A stretch of 64,000 nucleotides of DNA from Poseidonia sp. (GCA_049627345.1 JBMZXF010000003.1:12719-76718); one strand, 5' to 3'; positions 55,867-64,000 are shown, counted from the first letter of the stretch. A program made the numbers and translations. Notes: generated by a model not told the origin, from the sequence alone.

Positions 55867-56481
55867 ATGACCACCGATGAAGAACGCCTTACCGTTGTGA
55901 ACGTAGTTGCAAGCACCCGTGTTGCAGAAGAACTCGACCTCCCTGACATCGCCATCCAACTCAACTGTGAGTACGAGCCCGAGCAGTTCCCCGGTGTGGT
56001 CTACCGTGTCACCGAACCCAAACTCGCCATCCTCATGTTCCGCTCCGGCCGTGCTGTGTGCACCGGCGGAAAGGACGAGGACAACATCCACACCGGTATC
56101 GACCGCATGATCAAGGATTTGCGAGCCGCTGGCATTGAGACCTGGGACCTGAAGGACGTCACCATCGAAGTCCAAAACATGGTCGCTACCTACGCCCTTC
56201 ACTACCCTGAAGACTACGACGGTGTGGACAAGTTCACCGGCGAGCCACAAGCAGGCGTGCCCCGCAAACTCAACCTCAACCACTTGACCTTCCACCTGCC
56301 CTTTGACAAGGTGGAATACGAGCCCGAGCAGTTCCCCGGCCTCATCTACCGACTTGACGACCCGAAGGTGGTTTGTCTCATCTTCGGCTCCGGAAAGATG
56401 GTCATCACCGGCGCTCGCCACAAGGACGAGATCCTCGAGGCCGTTGAGATCATCAAGGACGAACTGGCTGACTTGCTCTGA
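55867..56481 (+). CDS. tbp: TATA-box binding protein with a ~20-aa insertion in the second repeat
   Basis: Two TBP repeats: VNVVASTRV...CEYEPEQFPGVVYRVTEPKLAILMFRSGRAVCTG and VQNMVATYAL...VEYEPEQFPGLIYRLDDPKVVCLIFGSGKMVITG. Confidence 0.93.
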   Translation: MTTDEERLTVVNVVASTRVAEELDLPDIAIQLNCEYEPEQFPGVVYRVTEPKLAILMFRSGRAVCTGGKDEDNIHTGIDRMIKDLRAAGIETWDLKDVTIEVQNMVATYALHYPEDYDGVDKFTGEPQAGVPRKLNLNHLTFHLPFDKVEYEPEQFPGLIYRLDDPKVVCLIFGSGKMVITGARHKDEILEAVEIIKDELADLL

Positions 56482-56485
56482 GCCG

Positions 56486-56506
56486 CTTCAGCCCGTAGGG
56501 CTGGAG
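56486..56506 (+). other. 9-bp stem (one G-U) / 3-nt loop hairpin between tbp and the next gene
   Basis: cttcagccc-gta-gggctggag read directly. No oligo-T tract follows, so a terminator role is unsupported. Confidence 0.25.
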
Positions 56507-56513
56507 AGAAGGC

Positions 56514-59500
56514 TTGATGGCCTCGGTCCTCCGTCCCATGACCATGGGGGAGGGACGTATGCGCCGCACCGTTCCCGTGGCCTTGGTGCTGTTGTTGCTT
56601 GCCAGCCTTCTCCCGATTCAACACCAGGTCTTGGCCGAACCAACCGTGAACCATACCATCGCAGGCGACCCGGGCGTCTCTGATGTGCCGACGTGGCGCA
56701 TTGGCGACCGTTGGATTTACGCCGGGACCTTTGACCCGACCATTCTGGTCACCGACACCGGCGTGGACGCCACCGTCGGAGAAATCCAAGGCGACACCAC
56801 CTCAGAGGTGACCGGCATTACGACGCAGAACGTGGACAACATGTCCGTCGTGGCCTACACCCTGCGAACATCGGCCAACTTTGACAAATCCGGCGTTTCG
56901 CTGGAGGGCTACACCGGCAACGTCTACATCCAGTTCACCCAAACAGAATACCTCCGAGTGAGCGACCTTGCGCCTATTCGAAGTGAGCTTGACTTGTACA
57001 TTCGCTTCGTTCCCAGCGGCATCTCCTTCCTCGAACAAATCCTCGGCGACATCACCATTACAACCACCTATTCGCCCGTGAACGAGAATTACGATTTCCC
57101 GATTCGCATGGACGAGCGCTGGACCACCACCACCACCTCTTCCTCGCAATGGTCGGGCCAAAGCGACTACATCACCCCCTTCCCACCTCCCGAAACCGAC
57201 ACCAACACCACCACCTGGGTGGTATCCGATGTTGGAAAACCACAGAACATGATCGGCCAGAGCATTGACTACGGCGGGTGCAACGAATCCTACGAGATGA
57301 CCTCGTTCAACAGCGAGGGCATCTCGGAAGGCTTCCGCTGGTACTGCCCCGAGGTTCGCAATTACGCCTGGCTTCACACCAACGACGACATCGGCCTGAC
57401 CATTGATTTCAAGCTGAAGCGATACGACCCTGTCGGCGCCACGGGTGTTGAACCCTACACCAACCCCGGCAGCCGAGCCGACTGCCTTGAGGTCGTTCCC
57501 GATCGAAGCATCACCGCCCTGAATTCCCCCATGCAGGTCTGGGTCAACGCCTCCTCATCCTGCTTTTCCAACGTGGCCGGACTCCAAGTGGACCTTCATC
57601 ATGAAGCGGAGGGTTTTCTCACGACCCTGACCACAGCGGCCAACGGGAGTGCTTGGGCAGAGGTGGACGTGGGCGATGCCGTCGATTCCTCAGCCACGGT
57701 GCTTGATTATGCCAGCCACGGGCTTGTAGCCAAAGCAGGAAATCGAGTCGGTGCCGCCACGGTAACCCTCGACGAGTACCTCGTCGGCTTGGATGTTTTT
57801 GCAGAGGTTGACGCCGTGGACATGCTTCGAACACGCTGCATAGGCGATGTTTGCACGACCACGCAACTCAACGCCATTTCCGGGTTTAATGTTCTCCCAG
57901 GCGACACCTTGGACATTGAAGTGTCCATCAAAAACCGAGGCATCACCACCTCCGTGGCCAGCGATGCACGGCTGACGCTGCCCGATGGCAATGTTTCCAC
58001 CGACCAACTTCCTGCGCTTGCCACCTACCAAGCACACAAAATGTTCGCCCTTTGGGAAGTGCCGGAAAACACCTCCATCGGCACGGTTGAACTGCTGTGG
58101 GAAGCCGATGTGAGTCGCCTCAACACGGCGGATGCAGATGTGGAGAACAACCTCGGCCGAATCGAGTTGTTCGTGGGACGCCTGCCGACCCCTGTGGCAC
58201 CAGAGCCGACCGGCCTGACCGGCGACACCATCCACATCAACGCCAGCGGGAGTTTTGACGAGGACGGCGGCGAGGTGTCCTGCGAGTTCTGGGTTCCGTT
58301 TGACGATGGCACACGCACGTGGGACTACGAGCGCATCCCCTCTCCATCCTGCATGCTCAACTACACGTGGATTGACGACGGCGTCTATCCCATCGAAATC
58401 ACGGTCGAAGACGAGGAACGGGATGAAGCCGTGATGATCCTCAACGTAACCGTCGAAAACCGAGCACCAAAGATTGAGGTGCGAAGCCAGCGAACCGAAG
58501 CGAAGGTGGAATACCCGATTACGCTCTATGCCTACGCCAACGACTCCGACTCCGAGAAGGTATGGCCGGGCGTGGTCGACATCTATTGGCCGGGGGCCAA
58601 CTGCAAGGAAGGCTACTACACGCGAGTGTGCACCACGACCTCCACCACCGAGGGATGGAAAACCTTCACCGCCGTGGGGACCGACGACGACCGAGCGACC
58701 GCCACCGCCACCTTCGATGTCAAATTCACCAACATCCGACCCCACAGCATCAACGTCCAGATGGTGGACGACGATGGACCCGTGGTGATGGACGCACAAG
58801 ACACCTGGCATGTGAGCGAAGACCAAACCGTGACCATCAAAGGGCAAGCCCAAGACTCGGTCGACGACATCGAAGGCCTCACCCACACGTGGTGGCCTGA
58901 CGACGCCCAACCCTCGTTGATTCGAGTGTTTGACGGGCGCACCTCCGAATTTGAGATGGTCTGGCTGGAGGCTGGACTGCACAAAATGCGCCTCGAAGTG
59001 ACCGACTCCGAGGGTGCTTCAAGCGGCATCGAAGAGCGGTGGGTGAGTGTACAAAACGTTCCCCCGACCATCGAGCCCATCGCTTCGGTCTTGCCCGTAG
59101 CCGAGGGGCAAACCATCAGCGTCTCGGGGTCGTCGTCCGATACGCCTTCGGACATTGACACCCTGGTCCGGTGTTGGGACATCGACCCCAGCATGGATTC
59201 CGACGACATCGGCAGCGCCGATGACGACTGCGATGTCATCGGGGACGACCTGACCATCGCATGGAACCGGAGCGGCACCCACAAACTCGTCTACCACGTC
59301 ACGGACGACGACGGAGCCACGACCAGCGAAGTGCTGGAGGTGCTCGTGCTGAACACGCCACCCATCGTCCGAACCGGTGCCATCTCGTGCGTGGCCTACG
59401 AAGCATGCGTCCTCGATGCCAGCACCACGCTCGATGCCCTGACCGACATCAATGACTTGACCGTGGCGTGGGACATTGATATCACGGTGGACAGCAACGA

Positions 59501-60038
59501 AGACGGGATTCCGGACAACGACGCCGACCTCCTCGGAAAGACGGTCTCGTACATCTTCAAGCAGGACGGCGTGCAATCGGTCAAGGTCATCGCTTGGGAC
59601 GAGGACCCGGAGCGCCCCGGAACCAAAGTGGTCACCTTTGCCGTGCTTCCGGCGGACCGTACGCCGCTAGAGAACCTTGGAGCGTCGCTGGTCGGCGAAG
59701 AAGCCAACCCCATCGTCCAGCTCAGCCTCTTGGTGCTGATGTTGCTGCTCGTGGGTCTGTTTTCACGACGGCGCCGCCAACCCGAGGCCACATCGGATGC
59801 GTGGGACGAGGTCAACACATCGCTGAGCGCCGAACTGTTCACGTCGCAGGATGAGCGAATTCAACAACGACGGCCTGAAGGGCCACCACCCGCCTATCTG
59901 TTCCAGCAATCATTGGAACAGGCACCAGGAACGGAATCCCATGCGGGACCACCCCTGCCCCCGACGGGCCTGCCGGAGGGCTGGACCATGGAGCAATGGG
60001 AACATTACGGGCAACAATACCTTGATTCACAGGGCTGA
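56514..60038 (+). CDS. Giant (~1160-1174 aa) surface protein: signal peptide, ~330-aa unknown N-terminal module, CARDB-like and multiple PKD-like repeats, TM anchor, Pro-rich tail with terminal GWTMEQW motif
   Basis: MRRTVPVALVLLLLASLLP signal (start between 56514 and 56559). PKD-type signatures INASGSFDEDGGEVSC, VGTDDDRATATATF, LEVTDSEGASSG, YHVTDDDGATTSE. TM LSLLVLMLLLVGLF. Tail contains PPPAY and GPPLPPTGLPEGWTMEQWEHYGQQYL. Confidence 0.85.
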   Translation: MMASVLRPMTMGEGRMRRTVPVALVLLLLASLLPIQHQVLAEPTVNHTIAGDPGVSDVPTWRIGDRWIYAGTFDPTILVTDTGVDATVGEIQGDTTSEVTGITTQNVDNMSVVAYTLRTSANFDKSGVSLEGYTGNVYIQFTQTEYLRVSDLAPIRSELDLYIRFVPSGISFLEQILGDITITTTYSPVNENYDFPIRMDERWTTTTTSSSQWSGQSDYITPFPPPETDTNTTTWVVSDVGKPQNMIGQSIDYGGCNESYEMTSFNSEGISEGFRWYCPEVRNYAWLHTNDDIGLTIDFKLKRYDPVGATGVEPYTNPGSRADCLEVVPDRSITALNSPMQVWVNASSSCFSNVAGLQVDLHHEAEGFLTTLTTAANGSAWAEVDVGDAVDSSATVLDYASHGLVAKAGNRVGAATVTLDEYLVGLDVFAEVDAVDMLRTRCIGDVCTTTQLNAISGFNVLPGDTLDIEVSIKNRGITTSVASDARLTLPDGNVSTDQLPALATYQAHKMFALWEVPENTSIGTVELLWEADVSRLNTADADVENNLGRIELFVGRLPTPVAPEPTGLTGDTIHINASGSFDEDGGEVSCEFWVPFDDGTRTWDYERIPSPSCMLNYTWIDDGVYPIEITVEDEERDEAVMILNVTVENRAPKIEVRSQRTEAKVEYPITLYAYANDSDSEKVWPGVVDIYWPGANCKEGYYTRVCTTTSTTEGWKTFTAVGTDDDRATATATFDVKFTNIRPHSINVQMVDDDGPVVMDAQDTWHVSEDQTVTIKGQAQDSVDDIEGLTHTWWPDDAQPSLIRVFDGRTSEFEMVWLEAGLHKMRLEVTDSEGASSGIEERWVSVQNVPPTIEPIASVLPVAEGQTISVSGSSSDTPSDIDTLVRCWDIDPSMDSDDIGSADDDCDVIGDDLTIAWNRSGTHKLVYHVTDDDGATTSEVLEVLVLNTPPIVRTGAISCVAYEACVLDASTTLDALTDINDLTVAWDIDITVDSNEDGIPDNDADLLGKTVSYIFKQDGVQSVKVIAWDEDPERPGTKVVTFAVLPADRTPLENLGASLVGEEANPIVQLSLLVLMLLLVGLFSRRRRQPEATSDAWDEVNTSLSAELFTSQDERIQQRRPEGPPPAYLFQQSLEQAPGTESHAGPPLPPTGLPEGWTMEQWEHYGQQYLDSQG

Positions 60039-60041
60039 GCC

Positions 60042-63000
60042 ATGGCACAAAGGACATCCTCTTTTGTATCAGGAGGCACACCTCAGTTCATGTTCGGCCG
60101 AGCCTGTCAGGCAGCGTTTCTCGTCGCCCTTTTCCTCACTTCCATGGGACTGAGTGTGGTTGAATCCTCCATCCACCTCGAGCAAACCGTTGAGGAGCGA
60201 CGCTCCCAAGGTGTATCGGGTGCGGTTGATGTACCGAACTACCGCATCGGGGATGAATGGGTGTACGAAACCAAATTCGACGTCTCTCAACTTCTCGCAC
60301 AGGCCAATGTTTCCGCCTCGCTCAACGCCCTGACCGGGGACACGGCCAACGAAATCACGGACATTTTCTACGCCACCGATAACAACGGTGACACGGTGCT
60401 CGCCTACGAAGTTGAGATCAGCGGGAGTTTCACCTCTGGCAACAGCGGCGCCACGCTTGAAGGCGTCACTGGCCGACTCAACATCGACTACGACGGCATT
60501 GACATCCTGCGGGCGAGGGACCTGGCCACCATCACCAGTGATTTCACCCTCGACGTTCGGTTCCGGCCGTTCAACCTCGGCTTCCTCGAACAAACCCTCG
60601 GCATCGTGACCTTCGACAACACCTACACGCCGGCCAAGGAACGGTACGACTTCCCCCTGCGAAACGGCGACCAGTGGTGGATGGAATTTGAAGCCAAGAC
60701 CGAGGTGAGCGGTACATCGGATTATTTCGACCCCTCTGAGTTTGATTCGGAGGAGGACGAGAACAACTCGTGGCAGGTCATCAAAAACGAGGCTCCGGTG
60801 GAAGACGGCGCCTCGCCGTCCTACACCGGGTGCGACGATTCGTACAAGATCGCTGAATGGAACGCCACCGGTGTCAACCTCGGGTTCAATTGGTACTGTC
60901 CGGCCGTCCGAGGAAGTGTTTGGAATCGTATCGTGAATCCTGCCGGGTTCACCATTGACTGGATTTTGAAGACGTACAGCCCGGCCGATTCCAACAGCGT
61001 GGTGCCCGCCTCGTCCCCCGGCGGCCGCAACACGCAAATCACGGTCAGCACGGCCACCACCGCTACCCTGCCCGACGCCATTGAGCAGGTGTCCATCGGC
61101 TACACCGTCGCAGGCTCGCCCAGCATTCCCATCAAGAACACCAACCTGCAACTTCGCTACGAGATCGCAGGCACCATCCTCAACCCGACAACGGACAACA
61201 ACGGGCAAGCACAGGTTTCCCTCAACGTGTCCGATGAAGTTGACGATACGCCGGCGAGCGACGACCACACCAGCAACGGCGTGGTGGTCTACGACCCCGC
61301 CGCCCGTGTGGTCGGCGCCACCACCATCGTTCAGGACCTGAGCGTCGTTGGCGTGGACCTTATCGCTCAAGCCGGTTCGGTCATCGTGGAGCGAACACGA
61401 AACGGCGACACCACCACGTTGAGCGCCTCCATCGGCTACAATGCCCTTCCAGGCGACGTGCTCAGTTTCTCTCTCCCTGCCCAAAACCGTGGTGTGCTGA
61501 CCTCTCCGGCCACCGTGATGGAGATTGAAACGCCGGACAACACCGTCCTGCGTGAGGCCATTCCGGCCGTTGCCCCGTACGCCGAGGAGCGTGTCCTCGT
61601 CAACTGGTCCGTGCCCGCCAACATGATGATCGGAACGGCCGCCATGACGTTCACCGTCGACCCCGACCAAAACGTGACCGCAGACGCCAACCGGAGCAAC
61701 AACGACGCCTCCATTTCCATCTTCATCGGACGTGCACCCACCGCAGCCATGACCGTTGATGAAGGGAAGTACACGTTCGAAAACGTCACGCTGAACGCCA
61801 CGGGAAGTTTTGACACTGACGGCGGTGATGTTGACTGTGTGTTTGAAATTGAGTCCAGGGCCGGCCTGATTGATGTGATCGAAGCCCCCAACTGCTGGAC
61901 GCAATGGAACTGGTCAAACAGCGGGACATGGAGTGTCAAGGTCTTGGTCGTTGACGAGGAACTGGACACAGATGAACTGGTCGTGGACGTCGTGGTTCTC
62001 AATCGCGCCCCGACGTTCAACCTCACCCATCCTGAGGCGGTTGAGGTGGAAACACCGATCACCATCCAGGCCGTTGACATCGAGGACATCGACACCTCAT
62101 CCCCCTCAGGGCAACAAGTCACCATCACGTGGCCGGGACTGGAATGCAACGAAGGCATCACGCAAGCCACCTGCACCTTCACACCCATGTTTGAGGGTCC
62201 CATCAACATCACCGCCGTGGCCACCGACGACGACGGCGACACCACCACCATCTTCAGCGAACTCATGGTTCTCAACATCCCGCCCACCATCTCAGCACCG
62301 ACCTTGACCAAAGGAGGGCAAGAAGTGCAACCTGATGAAAACGGCACCTGGCACATCAACGAAGACGAGGTTGGTGTTCTGAAGGCCACGGCCAGCGATT
62401 CGGAAAACGACGAAGGCACCGTCATCGTGCAGTGGTTCCCTTCCCTCGCTGATGAAAACTGGACCATCACCAGCATCGGGGTCGCCTCACAAGAACTGGT
62501 GGCATGGAACACCTCGGGCGAACACATCGTTCAGGTCCGTGCCATCGACGCCGACGGTGCGACCTCCGAGATGCAGCAGGCCACCGTGATGGTGCACAAT
62601 GTCCCACCCACCGTTGAGGGCTTGCCCGGCAACACCCCAGTCTTCGAAGACGACGCCCTCAACCTGAGCGTGACCGCGTCGGACACGGCTTCCGACCTTG
62701 AGACGCTCACCATTTGCTGGGACCTTGACGCCAAGGTGGACAGCGACAACGACGGCGTCAACGACAACGATTGCGAGTTGACCGGCGCCTCCGTTGCCCC
62801 TTCATGGTCGACCAAGGGTGTTCGAATGATCACGGTGACCGTCACCGACGACGACGGCGCAACCGCTCAGCAGAGCATGAACGTCAGCGTCCTGAACCTT
62901 CCACCCCGGGCGTACCTCAACGCTCAGGTGGCCTTCACCAACTTGACGGAGGGCGATAACCTGACCTTGAACGGAGCGGATTTCTTCTTCGATTCTTCCA

Positions 63001-63686
63001 CCGACTCGGAAAGCCTTGGGTTCCAGTGGGACAGTTCTCACCTTGACACCGACCTCGATGGCACCAAGACCGGTGATGTTGACTTCACCGGCGGCACCTG
63101 GACCATCACCGACCTCCCTGCAGGGAGTTGGACGGTCGTCCTGACGGCAACCGATGACGACGGCGAACAGGTGCAAAAGGAACTGACCATCGTGGTCGCT
63201 GAACTTCCTGCCGACGGCCTCATCGAAAGCATCACCAGCGCCGTGGGCACCACCACGGCGGCCATTATCGGTCTGCTCGGCATCATCATCGTCGGTTTGG
63301 TGGTCTTCTTGTTGTTCACACGCCAGCGCCCAGCTGCCGATGATTTCAGCATGTTCGAACAAAGCCAGTTCGCCGCTGCGCCCAAACCCGTTGCCTCGCT
63401 TCCTGCCACGCCTGCCGCTGTCGCACCAGCACAGGCCGTTGCAGCCCCGATGGAACCGCAACCTGCCGCCGCACCCGCGGACCCAACGATGGTGAACACC
63501 GGCCCACCGCTTCCCGTCACGGGATTGCCACAAGGATGGACCATGGAACAATGGAACTACTACGGCGAACAGTGGCTGGCAGCGAATCAACCCGCTCCTG
63601 CCCCCGTTCAACCCATAGTTTCACAAACTCCACCAACCCCTGCATCGGCTGAGTTGCAATCGTTGCTCGACGATTTGGACTTTTGA
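60042..63686 (+). CDS. Giant (1214 aa) surface protein, paralog of 56514..60038
   Basis: Starts 3 nt after the upstream stop. Shares its N-terminal module with the upstream gene (VPNYRIGDEWVY, GFLEQTLG, ERYDFPLR, FNWYCPAVRG). PKD-type LNATGSFDTDGGDVDC, AVATDDDGDTTT, VRAIDADGATSE, VTVTDDDGATAQ, LTATDDDGEQVQ. TM IIGLLGIIIVGLVVFLLF. Tail has GPPLPVTGLPQGWTMEQWNYYGEQWL. Confidence 0.85.
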   Translation: MAQRTSSFVSGGTPQFMFGRACQAAFLVALFLTSMGLSVVESSIHLEQTVEERRSQGVSGAVDVPNYRIGDEWVYETKFDVSQLLAQANVSASLNALTGDTANEITDIFYATDNNGDTVLAYEVEISGSFTSGNSGATLEGVTGRLNIDYDGIDILRARDLATITSDFTLDVRFRPFNLGFLEQTLGIVTFDNTYTPAKERYDFPLRNGDQWWMEFEAKTEVSGTSDYFDPSEFDSEEDENNSWQVIKNEAPVEDGASPSYTGCDDSYKIAEWNATGVNLGFNWYCPAVRGSVWNRIVNPAGFTIDWILKTYSPADSNSVVPASSPGGRNTQITVSTATTATLPDAIEQVSIGYTVAGSPSIPIKNTNLQLRYEIAGTILNPTTDNNGQAQVSLNVSDEVDDTPASDDHTSNGVVVYDPAARVVGATTIVQDLSVVGVDLIAQAGSVIVERTRNGDTTTLSASIGYNALPGDVLSFSLPAQNRGVLTSPATVMEIETPDNTVLREAIPAVAPYAEERVLVNWSVPANMMIGTAAMTFTVDPDQNVTADANRSNNDASISIFIGRAPTAAMTVDEGKYTFENVTLNATGSFDTDGGDVDCVFEIESRAGLIDVIEAPNCWTQWNWSNSGTWSVKVLVVDEELDTDELVVDVVVLNRAPTFNLTHPEAVEVETPITIQAVDIEDIDTSSPSGQQVTITWPGLECNEGITQATCTFTPMFEGPINITAVATDDDGDTTTIFSELMVLNIPPTISAPTLTKGGQEVQPDENGTWHINEDEVGVLKATASDSENDEGTVIVQWFPSLADENWTITSIGVASQELVAWNTSGEHIVQVRAIDADGATSEMQQATVMVHNVPPTVEGLPGNTPVFEDDALNLSVTASDTASDLETLTICWDLDAKVDSDNDGVNDNDCELTGASVAPSWSTKGVRMITVTVTDDDGATAQQSMNVSVLNLPPRAYLNAQVAFTNLTEGDNLTLNGADFFFDSSTDSESLGFQWDSSHLDTDLDGTKTGDVDFTGGTWTITDLPAGSWTVVLTATDDDGEQVQKELTIVVAELPADGLIESITSAVGTTTAAIIGLLGIIIVGLVVFLLFTRQRPAADDFSMFEQSQFAAAPKPVASLPATPAAVAPAQAVAAPMEPQPAAAPADPTMVNTGPPLPVTGLPQGWTMEQWNYYGEQWLAANQPAPAPVQPIVSQTPPTPASAELQSLLDDLDF

Positions 63687-63695
63687 GGCAGCACC

Positions 63696-64000
63696 ATGGG
63701 AAGCTTGTGGCAATTCTTCGGTCTCCCCGACCCTGAAGGCAGTGCCAACGCCCCTCCTCGCGCTGCACCTCCGTCGAACGAGGCACCGGTTTCGCTCTCC
63801 TCCAGCGCTGAAGCCGATTCGGCGACACCAGGCCCGCCTGAGCCACCTGCGACGACCCCTTCCACGCCATCACCGTTGAGCGAGGCCGCCATTGACCTCA
63901 GCAGGTTACGAACACCGCCGCTCGGATGGACAGGGCCGTTAACGCCTGACGGCGAGGCATTTCACGACCTCGGCATCGAAGTTCAACGCCAACGACCGCT
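63696..64000 (+). CDS. Hypothetical Pro/Ser/Ala-rich protein, 5' part only (runs off the right edge)
   Basis: Absent from the track because no stop lies in-window. ATG 63696, 9 nt after the upstream stop, is open to the end: MGSLWQFFGLPDPEGSANAPPRAAPPSNEAP...TPPLGWTGPLTPDGEAFHDLGIEVQRQRP. Confidence 0.45.
   Translation, partial: MGSLWQFFGLPDPEGSANAPPRAAPPSNEAPVSLSSSAEADSATPGPPEPPATTPSTPSPLSEAAIDLSRLRTPPLGWTGPLTPDGEAFHDLGIEVQRQRP

Noticed and set aside
56486-56506. Hairpin after tbp as an intrinsic terminator
   Set aside because: There is no downstream oligo-T tract, which is the usual archaeal termination signal. I keep it only as a low-confidence structural note.
59946-60035. Calling the LP(E/Q)GW... 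tail motif a bona fide WW domain
   Set aside because: LPxGW matches the start of WW domains. However, the spacing to the next Trp (5 residues) and the missing second Trp-x2-Pro element do not fit the ~35-aa WW fold. I keep it only as an unnamed motif.
57690-61904. 430-aa (57690..58982) and 611-aa (60069..61904) minus-strand ORFs
   Set aside because: They are antisense to giants C and D, which show PKD and CARDB signatures, a signal peptide and a TM anchor in the plus frame. The shadow frames are Gly/Val/His/Arg-rich.
1-64000. Search for tRNA, rRNA, CRISPR arrays, transposases, integrases and prophage genes
   Set aside because: None was found. The only non-coding stretches are 55-190-nt divergent promoter regions. 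None showed cloverleaf-like or direct-repeat structure by eye, and no ORF showed DDE, tyrosine-recombinase or Cas-like motifs. This was a visual scan only; tRNAscan, Infernal and CRISPR finders would be decisive.

Overview
GC-rich (about 60% by eye, not computed), almost gap-free coding window from an archaeal chromosome. Archaeal identity rests on a TATA-binding protein gene (55867..56481) behind a TTTATATA box, a complete archaellum cluster on the minus strand (arlB2-arlB1-orphan-arlF-arlG-arlH-arlI-arlJ, 5.8-13.3 kb), mevalonate kinase, archaeal-style IleRS and CysRS, and three proteins with an LAGC lipobox. My lineage guess is a planktonic Thermoplasmatota or Marine-Group-II-like euryarchaeon; this is inference only and no search was run. 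I call about 48 protein genes. About 25.7 kb (roughly 40%) of the window encodes secreted or surface proteins. These are four giant Ig-repeat proteins (1174-1700 aa), an ELWxxDGT-repeat protein, a BNR lipoprotein, an S15 peptidase lipoprotein, a membrane-anchored LTD-amidohydrolase and a thioredoxin-fold lipoprotein. Housekeeping genes are hppA (partial), PolX, nth, mutY, a MutS-like ATPase, ileS, cysS, nadE, trhO, bcp, trx, mvk, tbp, a fused AcnX, two SDR enzymes and an HdrD/EtfD-like membrane Fe-S oxidoreductase. I recognised no rRNA, tRNA, CRISPR array, transposase, integrase or prophage signature. Many long ORFs in the supplied track are antisense shadows of real genes, as expected in GC-rich DNA. 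Most worth following up: (1) a three-gene module (small basic protein, 1655-aa CARDB-repeat protein ending in a 5-helix membrane domain, signal-less coiled-coil/Ig protein) translationally coupled and fused to the head of the archaellum cluster; (2) an orphan gene in the ArlCDE/ArlX slot; (3) tandem paralogous giant surface proteins sharing a short Trp/Tyr-rich motif on their predicted cytoplasmic tails, next to proline motifs; (4) a fused (type-I-like) AcnX in an archaeal context. All family assignments come from motif recognition by eye, and start codons are uncertain where noted.
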